DNA of 64,000 nt from Octopus sinensis (GCF_006345805.1 NC_043001.1:37448001-37512000); one strand, 5' to 3'. Positions 1-10,618 are shown, numbered from the stretch's first letter. Notes: a model not told the origin generated them from the sequence alone. Numbers and translations: made by a program.

Positions 1-268
1 TAATCATTTCGGCTTTTTTATAAATTAGAAAAAATGGTTAAGAGCCTTCGTTTATAATAGAATGTTTATGTAAATAATATGTCAGAAATGTAGAAAGATA
101 TAATTTACAGAAAGTAGTTAAAGCAGTAAATATTAGATACTAATAGGGGGTTAATACAACAATATAAGGAAAGTATAAAAAGTATAAGGATAATAAATAA
201 AATATGAAGATTGGGTGGTATTTTACTTACAATATTCACTGCTAAAACTATGAAACATCTTTAGAATG

Positions 269-270
<2 letters not shown>

Positions 271-331
<61 letters not shown>
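271..331. repeat. (TA)n microsatellite, about 30 units; one of many such tracts in the window
   Basis: Directly visible. Similar long (TA)n tracts occur near 975-1008, 9016-9078, 14902-14951, 34541-34607, 44020-44062 and 52688-52742. Confidence 0.98.
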
Positions 332-333
<2 letters not shown>

Positions 334-654
334 TAATTTTAGGGTAGCAAAAAAATTCTAGAAAAATTCTCCACTACCAGTGGTCTAGCGAGAGGGAAAA
401 AATAGTCAATAGACTATATAATATACATTTAAACACATAAGAGATGGCCATAATAGGACATCTGACTCACTAGAAAGAGCAGTTAAACTAATAATTGTAA
501 TCCTGAAATGGAAAGAGAAATAAAAATGTTCACCCTATCTTTCCTGGACTATGCATAGTTTCGGCAATCTTTTGTAAATAAAATAAAATTATTTTCATTT
601 ACGATTGGCGTTGCCATCTTCAGCAGGAAGCCAATTATTAGTGGTTTGGAGTTT
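332..654 (-). mobile_element. Penelope-like element (PLE) pseudo-LTR / retrozyme-like fragment between two (TA)n tracts
   Basis: Contains a complete hammerhead motif (541-629) followed on the same strand by a GTGAGT...TTTTTTCCCTCTCGCTAG intron-like segment (470 to 385). A hammerhead plus intron is the known architecture of PLE pLTRs. No RT ORF is seen. Confidence 0.6.
541..629 (-). ncRNA. Type I hammerhead ribozyme (HHR-1), predicted cleavage after GUC between 547 and 546
   Basis: Minus strand reads UUCCUG-CUGAAGA-U-GGCAA...(AU-rich loop)...UUGCC-GAAA-CUAUGCAUAG-UC-CAGGAA. Stem I is 6 bp, stem II 5 bp, and stem III is the palindrome ACUAUGCAUAGU. All core nucleotides are present, with one extra U after A9. 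Confidence 0.85.
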
Positions 655-969
655 ATATATATATATATATATAGATAAAACTTATTTGGAAGTGGATGCG
701 TGGCGTTCGATCATATAATAACTTACCTTCGAAACACGGAGTAGTCGAAACAGGGGCAACTGAAGAAGGGGAATATTCCTCGTGTTGTATGTCTTGTACT
801 CTGTTTTTTCATTGTTTGAAAAAAGTCCGTTCCCATGTTTTTGTTTTTGTTTTCGTTTCTCATTGTGTTCATTTTTTGGTGTCCTGTACCAATATATGCA
901 TGTATATATATATATATATATACATGTAGGTATGTACATATATGTATGTATATATGCATATGTTTTACT

Positions 970-1012
<43 letters not shown>

Positions 1013-1494
1013 CAGGGGAGATAACTGCCTCACTTCTCTAGGATCACTAGACTAGACTAGTTTTGCCTATCATGCATGTTTGTATACCTTTGTGCTGTTG
1101 TCATGTGACGGTTGTAAATGAGCCTCATCGTCATACAAACAAGGTTGTTCATCTCCAGTCTTATGTGAAAAACAAGTCTGGCTATCATCATCATCATTGT
1201 TTAATGTCCATCTTCCATGGGTAGGACAGTTGACAAGAGCCGGCCAGGCAGAAAATCTACCCAAGGCTACTGTGTCTGTTTTGGCTGGGATTTTATGGCT
1301 GGATGCCCTTCCTAACACCAACCACTCCACAGAACAGGAAAATATTATCTTACTTGGAAACAGGTGAGGGTTGACAACAAAAAGAGCATCTGGCTGTATA
1401 AAATTTGCTGCAACAAATTCAGTCTGATGCATGTAAGCCTGGAAAAGTTGAAATTAGATAATAACACTGGTGATGGTGCTGGTGCTGATGATGT

Positions 1495-1652
1495 TGAAGA
1501 AGAAGAGGAGGAGGAGGAAGAAGAAGAAGAAGAAGAGGAGAGAAGAAGAAGAGGAGAAGAAGAAGAAGAGGAGGAGAAGAAGAAGGAGAAGAAGAAGAGG
1601 AGGAGGAGAAGAAGAAGAAGAGGAGGAGAAGAAGAAGAAGAACAACAACAAC
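1495..1652 (+). repeat. (GAA/GAG)n polypurine tract ending in (CAA)n
   Basis: Directly visible. It explains the poly-E/R/K and poly-S/L/F ORFs at 1345-1791. Confidence 0.95.
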
Positions 1653-1789
1653 CAATGAAAGAAAATTTTACTGAACACTGGAAATAAAAATCAGGGGAGT
1701 GAAGTGCCAAATGGTAAAGCAGCAAGAAACTTTTGGTCTGATATTTGGAGCAAAGATGTTCAACATTAAGAGGGAAACAAACTGATTGC

Positions 1790-2530
1790 ATGAATTTAAA
1801 AGTGAAATGAAAAATAGATCAAACAAAAGAATTCAAATATTACAGATGAGAAAGTGAAAAATATACTTAAGAAAATATAGAACTGGAAAACTCCTGGACC
1901 AGATGGTGCTCAGAAATTCTGGCTTAAAAATCTAACAACTATGCATAGCTGTATGCAACTGTTTCTTACTGACTAGAGAAAATGGAACACCAACATAGGT
2001 GAGAAAAGGAAAGACAGTGTTAATGCAGAGGAACAAAGAAAAGAGAGGGGATGTTAGTAATTATAGGCCTATTACATGCTTATCATTACTCTGGAAATTA
2101 ATAACTATTCTCATAGCAGATGGGTTGTATAGATTTCTCTATTACCAGAAGAACAAAAGGGATGCAGAAAGAGGAACTATTGGCCTGTTGTATACTGATT
2201 GCATGAGGAACTACTGACCTGTTGTATATTGATTGTGTGATATTGAGGTGTGAATAAGAAAGGACTTAATGTTATTTGGATTGATCATAAGAAAGCCTTT
2301 TATAATTTTCCATAATGTTGGCTTTTGGATTACCTAAGGGTATTCAGGGTCAATGAGAAGATTGATAGTTGTTTTAGAAAAAGCAATGAAATCAGGGGAA
2401 GTAGAACTAAAATATAGAAATGAGTCATTAGAAGTATGTGAATATATGCAGGGGCATATTTCAGATGTACAGGAGTACTTAGCAGGTAGAGCACCCATGA
2501 AATGAATTCTTTCAAATGCCAAGAAGGCTC
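1790..2530 (+). mobile_element. Degenerate non-LTR retrotransposon RT fragment, R4/Dong-like
   Basis: Broken frames give NWKTPGPDG, KGKTVLMQRNKEKRGDVSNYRPITCLSLLWKLIT and WIDHKKAF. These are RT domain 0-2 motifs, with the GKTVL..K...SNYRPITCL.L.WKL signature typical of R4/Dong elements. Further remnants probably lie near 3080-3460. Confidence 0.7.
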
Positions 2531-2689
2531 CCTAGAAGTTGTGGCTAACTTCTTTTACTCAGATTACCTAATTAGCAATATAAGTAGGTGTTCTGGAAGT
2601 ACAATAACTAAAGTAAGAATAAGGTGGGAAAAGTTTGGGGAGCTGTTATTTCTGTTGGTAACAAGAGGTTTCTCTTTCCAAGTGAAGGA

Positions 2690-2910
2690 CAGACAGTATG
2701 CTGCAGAATCGTTAGAACGCTGGGCGAAATGTGTAGCCGTTATGTTCTGAGTTCAAATTCCGCCGCGGTTGACTTTGCCTTTCATCCTTTCGGGGTCGAT
2801 AGATTAAGTACCAGTTACGCACTGGGATCAATGTAATCGGCTTAATCCGTTTGTCTGTCCTTGTTTGTCCCCTCTGTGTTTAGCCCCTTGTGGGTAGTAA
2901 AGAAATAGGT
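2690..2910 (+). mobile_element. tRNA-derived SINE, family B (gagctggcagaa...gttctgagttcaaattcc...gtaaagaaatag)
   Basis: B-box-like GAGTTCAAATTCC. Same sequence as the copies at 25062, 42511 and 49779. Confidence 0.85.
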
Positions 2911-4001
2911 ATTATGCTGCTTGTGTATAATGTTGCATGGGTAGTAAAGCATAAGCGTTGAATGCAGAGAATGTATCTAGGTTGAAAAAGATGAGGTAAT
3001 CCTGCTCTGCTGGTTGTGTAATATTTGTGTGCATGAATGAAAGAGTATAAATGAGCTGAGAGAAAGACTGGGTGTAAGAGTAGTCAGATGTGGTGTGTAA
3101 GAGAGAGGACTGCACTGGTACAAACATGTGAGGTTTACAGAGGATAACAGTAGGATAAAGAAGTACCAAGTGATACAAGTTTAAGAAAACTATGGGAGAA
3201 AATCAAAGTAGAAACAGGAAGAGTGATGAAAACTTAGCTTAAGGGATTGGACTTCTCAAAGGAGCTGATGAAGAGCATCAACAAGTGGTGAAATGTTATG
3301 CTGAAAGAAATATACCCAACTATGCAAGCATAAAGAAACAGATGTAAAAATGATGAATAAATTGAAGGATTTTTTTGTTGTTGACATACTTCTTATTTTA
3401 TATCTTAAGCAAATGGAGTTTGCTTTATTTGATATTTGATACAAATTATATTTTCAAAGATACTTAATAGGTTTCCACCAGATGAGTTAAAAAAAGATCA
3501 CATACATAGATATGGAATGGTGAAGTAAAATCACTTTGCAGAAACAAAAGTAAATGATATTGAGAAAAAAAATAAGATAGAAAAAATTATAACTAAACCT
3601 TATACATAAACATGTATTTACAACTGTACTAAAATGTATTGAAAGCAAAAACTGTAAGTGTATAATTCGTTCAAGGTTAGGGTGGATGAATTCATTTCCG
3701 ATTTAAACAATTTGGGTTAAGCAAATTGTTATTGTTATTAATTTAAATCTTGTATCCAACTTGAATAGGCAGAACCATGACGAAAGATATTCTAAACATG
3801 GCTAGCTTGTCAATTGTTATTCAGTGAATAATCCAGCCTACAATATCAAATGTGTTTTTTTTTTAAGACAGGAGGGCATCATTTGATTATTTGACTACTA
3901 TTTCTAGAACACTGAACCGCTACTTAGGAACTTCCTCATAAGTAAATTTCTGTTTGGAATGATTACTTGTAACAAGCAATTTTCTGGACATTCATAATTA
4001 T

Positions 4002-4220
4002 ACTCTTTACTCTTTTACTCTTTTACTTGTTTCAGTCATTTGAATGCGGCCATGCTGGAGCACCGCCTTTTAGTCGAGCAACTCGACCCCGGGACTTATT
4101 CTTTGTAAGCCCAGGACTTATTCTATCGGTCTCTTTTTGCCGAACCGCTAAGTGACGGGGATGTAAACACACCAGCATCGGTTGTCAAGCAATGCTAGGG
4201 GGATAAACACAGACACACAA

Positions 4221-4255
<35 letters not shown>

Positions 4256-4426
4256 CATATATACGACAGGCTTCTTTCAGTTTCCGTCTACCAAATCCAC
4301 TCACAAGGCATTGGTCGGCCCGGGGCTATAGTAGAAGACACTTGCCCAAGATGCCACGCAGTGGGACTGAACCCGGAACCATGTGGTTGGTTAGCAAGCT
4401 ACTTACCACACAGCCACTCCTGCGCC
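4002..4426 (-). mobile_element. tRNA-derived SINE, family A (full length)
   Basis: Head GGCGCAGGAGTGGCTGTGTGG (A box) and GGGTTCAGTCCC (B box), central (TA)/(TG) tract, (AGTAAA)n tail. More than 10 copies in the window. Confidence 0.92.
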
Positions 4427-4935
4427 TATTATATTTGTGTTATACAGAATTTAGTTTCTTAATAGATAAGTATCTTTTTGGTTCTTTAAAGACCAAGAAG
4501 TAGACTTTCATACAATGTTGGAGGGTTGGAATAGATGAGTGAACCAGTATTTGTCCTAATCCAATTCTTACTGTTAAGGAATTTAAGAAGACTAACAAAA
4601 CTGGTAAGTTCATAAAGAAGAGTAAGAAGTTTTGGTCACAGTTTTCAATTAATATTTCATCCCTACTCTATCTTCATCAAATACAATGAAAATAGTAATT
4701 ATGGCCACAATGTTGATTATCGGAACACTGTAAATTTCCTTATTTAATAAACAAAGTCCCATGATCTGTTAATAAAGTTTAATGTTTGAGAAAGTAGTCC
4801 ATTCAATGTGTTTACTAATAGGTTTTAATTTCATCTGCAGGGAGCCTGTACATTTTAATCTGCTGGTGAATCACAACCAAGCCTCTTAGTTAGGAGAAGT
4901 GATATTAAATAATGCAGTCATACATACCTCTAGAC

Positions 4936-5722
4936 CAGGGGTCACCAAAGGGGGTCCAAGGGACTCCCTAGGGATTGGTGAGGAATTACAGAGGTCAAAT
5001 GGGGGTCAGTGTTCAAAAGACCAGCTCAATCAGATGAACTGCTTGAAATACTTAGTCAGCGCCATGCTCATCCTTCACATTGAATTTAAAAGATATTCCA
5101 GCAATATGATGCGTTTTTCACATTTTCTAACCGTGAAAACAATTTCATAAAAATTGAAAGTTTAATACTGTATACTCATAAATGTAAAATGTGTGTCATT
5201 TTCAATAGAATTTCTTAATTTGTCATACATGTATATTTTAGCTAACATTTTAATTGTTAGTTAGTTAGTTAGTTAATTTGGCTCAAAAGCAAATAGCAAG
5301 GCCATGTAGGGGGACATGGAGTTAAGTACAGGGTGGTGTTCATGTAAAGAGTTCAGGCCACTTGAGGTCAAGGGAGGCTTTGAACGAAGCGGTCGTCGGC
5401 ATCTTCACCATCTCGTCTGGCAGCTTGTTCCACGGATCCGCAACCCGGACGGAGAAAGCTCCTCTCCTTCGATTGAGATGAAATCGTCGCAGGTAGAGCT
5501 TTTCGGAATGACCCCGCAGCCGACGCCCTGGAGCAGGAGTGAAGAACAGCTCTTTCGAGAGGTTACACTTTCCGCTTATGATTGCTAGCATCAGTACCTG
5601 GTATGCATTTAAGATATGGTATGATGGGAGGGTATTGAGATATTTTAAATGAGGAGGGTGGTCGATGCAGAACGAGAAGTGGCTATAGGGGGTTGATGGT
5701 TGAAAAAGTTTGGTGGCCCCTG
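4936..5722. mobile_element. hAT (Charlie/Buster-type) MITE carrying a nested CR1 fragment
   Basis: TIRs CAGGGGTCACCAAA / TTTGGTGGCCCCTG. Flanking 8-mers CTCTAGAC and TTCTAAAC match at 6/8 and fit the NTCTAGAN target. Confidence 0.75.
5262..5600 (-). mobile_element. 5'-truncated CR1-type LINE 3' end with (ACTA)n tail
   Basis: ORF 5340-5591 encodes LRGHSEKL...RRGAFSVRVADPWNKLPDEMV...ASFKASLD, the CR1 ORF2 C-terminal motif. The tandem tail lies at about 5262-5276. Confidence 0.85.
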
Positions 5723-6800
5723 TTCTAAACAGATGGAATAGTTACTGCAAGAATACCTTTGATCATGAGTCTGCTTGATTGAGGTTAACTTTGGTTTAAA
5801 CTACAACAGTCTTAAAACAAGTATACATGTTCCAAATTACCAGTGAAATATTTGAGTAAGATTCACAATTCCTTGATTAGTTTGAAAATTGAAGCAGATA
5901 TTCTTGATTTAGAATGAGACAGTGATGAAATAATGAGATAATGAGGTAGAAAAAGTAAAAGGGTAAAAAATGTATGGAATGAAAATAACGTCTTTAGGAT
6001 AGAAGTAAGCAGGGTGTGTTTTAAATTTGTTAAACAACCAAGGACAAATCTTGTAAAAACAATATTGGAATAAAATAGGAATGTGAAACTTACTTTCATT
6101 CAAACTTTCAGTCAAGAACTAGCTACAGCTTCCATTACCTTACAAGTCAATATTGTAAATGTTTTGAAATAAAATGTAATTTTGGCCATGTCTCTAATAC
6201 CTTATTACTATGGTTGAAAAGCTATGCTCAATCCTGTTTGTGGCTGGTCTACCTTAGAGGTAGCCAGTTGTATGCTTGGATGCAACACTAATGTCCAGCA
6301 GCAAAACATTCAAAACTTGCCATGAGGCTGGTTGTGTGAGAGGAGTGTGGCATGATACCTCTCTGTTATCTATTTTTTTTGTTCACAATATTCAGGAATA
6401 TTTTGTACACACTATTCAGTATCTGGTGGTATGAAAAGTCTATGTACTTAAAACATTATCTATTTCCAGATTTAATAAGGGTAGCTGACAACCTAGTACA
6501 GAATTAAAGTAAAGCGAAGTATCTGACTTTAAACTCATTGGGTGTGTTTATGGGATTTGTGTTTGGATAAGACAGGAAAAACAGTGAGTCATGTATGTTG
6601 ATGTTGTTGCATTTTAGACTATTGGACATGTATCTAAAGGTTTGTTGGGAACTGGATATATAATTTCAGGGGTCAATTAACATGCAACAGATTGAAGCTA
6701 TGAGCACTTATACTTTTCACATGTTTAAGCAATCTGTAGATTTTGATCTTTTTCTTTCTCTGTATTGATTAAATGGATTTAACTAGTTGTAGTATCTGTG

Positions 6801-7110
6801 TGAAGGTGTGTGGTTTAGTGGTTAGGGTATTTGGCTTATGATTGCAAGTTTGTGAGTTCAACTCTCAGCAATGCATTGTGTCTTGAGCAAGACACTTTAA
6901 TTCATACTGCTCCAGTCCACTCAGCTGGCAAAAATGAATAATACTTGTATTTCAAAGGGCCAGCCTTGTCACACTGGATCTTCCCCGAAAACCACGTTAA
7001 GGGTGCACATGTCTCTGGAGTGCTCAGCCACATGCATGTTAATTTCACGAGCAGGCTGTTCCCTTGATCAGATCAACTGGAACCCTCATTGTCATAACCG
7101 GCAGAGTGCC
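6801..7110 (+). mobile_element. tRNA-derived SINE, family D
   Basis: GTGGTTTAGTGGTTAGGG A box and GAGTTCAACTC B box, then TTGAGCAAGACACTT...CCAGTCCACTCAGCTG. Related to the split copy at 20220-20960 and fragments at 46440-46770. Confidence 0.75.
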
Positions 7111-8400
7111 AGTGCCAATAAGTATCTTTACATAGTTAAATAGTTTTGAAATAACTTACCACTAGCTGACTTCTCCATTTATACAGCTTATTCTTACTTT
7201 AGTAATTTATCTGATGAGGAGGTAGGATATTGCACATAGCCTAGGAGAATTGGCATAACTAGGAAAATGTAAGTGTAATAACTGTTGAATTTAATTTTTA
7301 GATATTTAAATGTAAAAGGAAAATAAAACCTTTGTAATGCAGTCATATCTTTAGGGAGAATGAGATGTCATAAGAGTTAACAACAACTGTAGCAATTGTA
7401 AAGTATTAGTTGGTAATTCATGTTTGAGGGAGATATAGTGTTGCATAGCCAAGTGAAATGGTACTTGTGACACGTAAAAACCTCAGGACACCAACATCAG
7501 CAATGTAGCCGATGCTGGTGTCCCTTAACTAAGCACCAATGCTGGTGGCACATAAAGAGGACCTTTTGAATATTAAGTCTCATGGAAGCAATGACAAATG
7601 ACTGAGACATTTGGTAATATGCCATGCTTGTGTAGAAAACCCATCAAGCCAAGTAAAATAGTAGTTGTGCCAGTGGCATGTAAAAACACCCATTACACTC
7701 TCGGAATGGTTGGCATTAGGGAGTGTATCCAGCTGTAGAAACCATGCCAAATGAGACTGGTTTCTGGTACAACACCTCAGCTTACCAGCCCTGGTCAAAC
7801 TATCTGACCCATGCTAGCATGGACTACAGACATTAAATGATGATGATGATGATTTCTTTTTTAAAGAGAGATTTAATGTTGTGTTTTGAAATTATGTGAA
7901 TATGTAGGATGCTCTCATTTGCATAAGTTCATTTATGGTTGAAGTGAGTTATTCATTGACATTGAATAGGAAAAGATTCAGTGAGATGACTGAGTTTTGA
8001 GATATGTTATCACAAATAGAGATGTTAGGAGACACTAATGACAGGTAATACTTGTGACAGATACAATACTTTTTACAATAACTCAGTTCTTCACAAAATC
8101 AACAAAGGAAACAGAATATTAGAATGTGATGTAAAAGACATAATCTCTAGTGGATCTGGTTCAGAAGAATTTAAACTAGAAGTTGCTGAAGAATCAAAAG
8201 AATTTAAATGATTATTAAAGATCATCTCTGTTATTTTAGAAATGCAAGGTTGGACGCAGTAAGAACGAATCAATGGTCAATGGTCAGAAATGTTGGGAAA
8301 TTTTCTTAGGTGTAAGGAACACAACTGTCCATCACAAATAGGATTATTTTTTCATATCGTTGAATTAATTATTTATCTCTGTGTTTTTGTCTTTGTCTAG

Positions 8401-8580
8401 AGATCTTGGTTCTTCTCTCCATGGATTGAGTATTTTATGGATGTCACAATGTTGTCTCCAAGATCTAGATGGTATTGGATCTCTTTCAAATTTAAAAGAG
8501 CTTTACCTCTCCTTCAATGACATATCAGAAATAAGTTCTCTCAGTATGCTGGAATACTTAGAAATCTTGGACTTAGAATG
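8401..8580 (+). CDS. LRRC56: LRRC56 internal coding exon A (LRR repeats)
   Basis: ctag|A GAT CTT...GAA TG|gtgagt. Encodes (R)DLGSSLHGLSILWMSQCCLQDLDGIGSLSNLKELYLSFNDISEISSLSMLEYLEILDLE, matching recalled human LRRC56 RDLGTSLGHLQVLWLARCGLADLDGIASLPALKELYASYNNISDLSPLCLLEQLEVLDLE. Phase 2 to phase 2. Confidence 0.9.
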
Positions 8581-9019
8581 GTGAGTAGAAATTAAAATTT
8601 TATACATTATAATTTTATTTAATCATTTTCACTTTGTGCAAGATGATTGGTTATCATTTATTCCAGTCTATCATAAATATTTGACCTCTGCTGTTCTTTA
8701 GGTGACCAGATTTCCTTTCAGTGTGAATTTTGTTGACCTCTGAAATTATGACCCAACACATTATCAATGCATGATCTTTTACTCTGCACAATTGTGGCAT
8801 TTGCTTTACAGGTCTTATTTCAGTTGAAAATGCAAATATTTTTTACTGTAGCTACTATTATTTCACCTGAAAATTTAACAACTATATACATTTCCTATTG
8901 TAAATTTTTATGTGAAGTGGGATGAATGCCATTATCATAATGGAAAACTCTATGAAGTTATCTTCTTAGACTTAGAAAACATTTCTGCTCTCACTCTCCC
9001 TTTCTCTCTCTCTTTATAT

Positions 9020-9082
<63 letters not shown>

Positions 9083-9147
9083 GTGAGTCATCTAAGAGAC
9101 CATAAGTCAAGGAAAAGATGCACTCATATATCTATCAATAGAGTGGG

Positions 9148-9739
9148 TATATTATCTGAAATGTGTAGTATTAAATATCTATCACGGTTAATCTTACCAA
9201 TTGGTTTCATGCAAGGAATACAATGGAGTGTTAGGTAACAATCCGATTATATAACCTTAACCCATCAGAGTTAGCCAATGTGGAAGGGAGTATAGCAACT
9301 GCTCTCTATTGTCAGAACTGGATTAACACGACCATTACAGAGAGAAAACAGACCAATGAACACAGCTATATATACCTGGAAAAACTTATGCATATGACAA
9401 CACTACACATATCACACATCTCCTCCCCACAGAGCACCGCACTTAATAATGCACACTTTCCCCACAAACAATTCAAAACAACTCATACTGACCTCACAGC
9501 ATACCCAACCAAAGGATAAAACTCCTAACCTAATCTCCTGACTCTTTTTCATCCCACCACCTTTTTCACAGCAGCCACATACTGATTGTGTTAATCCACA
9601 TTCCCTTCTATATTGGCTAACTCTAATGAGCCTAAGGTTATATGATTGGATTGTCACTTATCCCTCCATTGTATTCCTTGTGTGAAACCAATTGGTAAGA
9701 TCAGCCATGATGGATTTATAATACATTTCGGATAATATA
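9148..9739. mobile_element. Fold-back MITE with roughly 140-bp terminal inverted repeats, next to (TA)n
   Basis: 9148-9290 is the reverse complement of 9601-9739 at about 80% identity by eye (e.g. ATCTTACCAATTGGTTTCA...AAGGAATACAATGGAG...AGAGTTAGCCAAT). No ORF. Confidence 0.8.
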
Positions 9740-9750
9740 TATATATATAT

Positions 9751-10618
9751 ACAAAGAAGTAAATATATGGCACAACGAAGTACCAATATTTACTGGAAAT
9801 AGCGAACGTAATAATACGACGCTAATGTATAGCTTCACCGCGTATGTACTAGCAAAAATGCGTGAGTGCAACAAACTTGAAAAAAATTGTCTTACCTCCA
9901 GGGAGAACATCTGAAAGATGAAATACCTAGAAAAGGATAATGTGGGACCGGTGTCGGTTTCAGATTTTTCAAGATATGCCTGCACACATATACTTGATCT
10001 ATCTTCATCAGCCAAACATATACCACGACAACATTTCAGATGTTACCACATTAATGCCAATACACTCGACTGAAACGCCGAAACGCTAACAGAACGAGAA
10101 TGGTGAAGAAGTTTCAATAAATTAGTAATGCAATACTAGAGTATTGCTTTCCAGTAAAGAATAGCCCGTGAGGGAAAATATACAAAGAAGTAAATATATG
10201 GCACAACGAAGTACCGATATTTACTGGAAATAGCGAACGTAATAATACGACGCTAATGTATAGCTTCACCGCGTATGTACTAGCAAAAATGCGTGAGTGC
10301 AACAAACTTGAAAAAAATTGTCTTACCTCCAGGGAGAACATCTGAAACCGACGCCGGTCCCACATTATCCTTTTCTAGGTATTTCATCTTTCAGATGTTC
10401 TCCCTGGAGGTAAGACAATTTTTTTCAAGTTTGTTGCACTCACGCATTTTTGCTAGTACATACGTGGTGAAGCTATACATTAGCGTCGTATTATTACGTT
10501 CGCTATTTCCAGTAAATATCGGTACTTCGTTGTGCCATATATTTACTTCTTTGTATATTTTTCCCTCACAGGCTATTCTTTACTGGAAAGCAATACTCTA
10601 GTATTGCATTACTAATTT
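9751..10618 (-). mobile_element. PLE/retrozyme-like element: 431-nt tandem unit plus an inverted copy
   Basis: ACAAAGAAGT... recurs at 9751 and 10182 (period 431). 10122-10347 and 10389-10618 are near-perfect inverted copies. Contains a hammerhead and a GT-AG intron-like segment. Confidence 0.8.
9938..10020 (-). ncRNA. Type I hammerhead ribozyme (HHR-2), predicted cleavage after GUC between 9946 and 9945
   Basis: Minus strand reads AUG-UU-UGG-CUGAUGA-AGAU...(UCAAG/CUUGA and AUAUG/CAUAU extended stem II)...AUCU-GAAA-CCG-ACAC-CGG-UC-CCA-CAU. Core is complete, stem III is 4 bp, and stem I is 3+3 bp with a UU bulge. Confidence 0.8.

Noticed and set aside
700-790. GAAAC-ACGGAGTA-GTC followed by CTGAAGA-AGG, resembling a permuted (type II) or decayed hammerhead in a PLE-like fragment
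   Set aside because: Stem I cannot form between GTC and CTGAAGA, and no upstream CUGANGA survives. At most a decayed remnant.
1345-1791. Overlapping 62-148 aa ORFs with poly-E/R/K or poly-S/L/F
   Set aside because: Translations of the (GAA/GAG)n microsatellite.
4841-4900. CTGCAG acceptor-like site considered as an upstream LRRC56 exon
   Set aside because: Stops occur in the tested frames within 17 codons and there is no LRR similarity.
7205-7270. CTGATGA-GGAGGTAGG, and other isolated CTGANGA hits (3246, 13164, 22082, 38993, 58402)
   Set aside because: No correctly placed GAAA or paired stems. Expected by chance.
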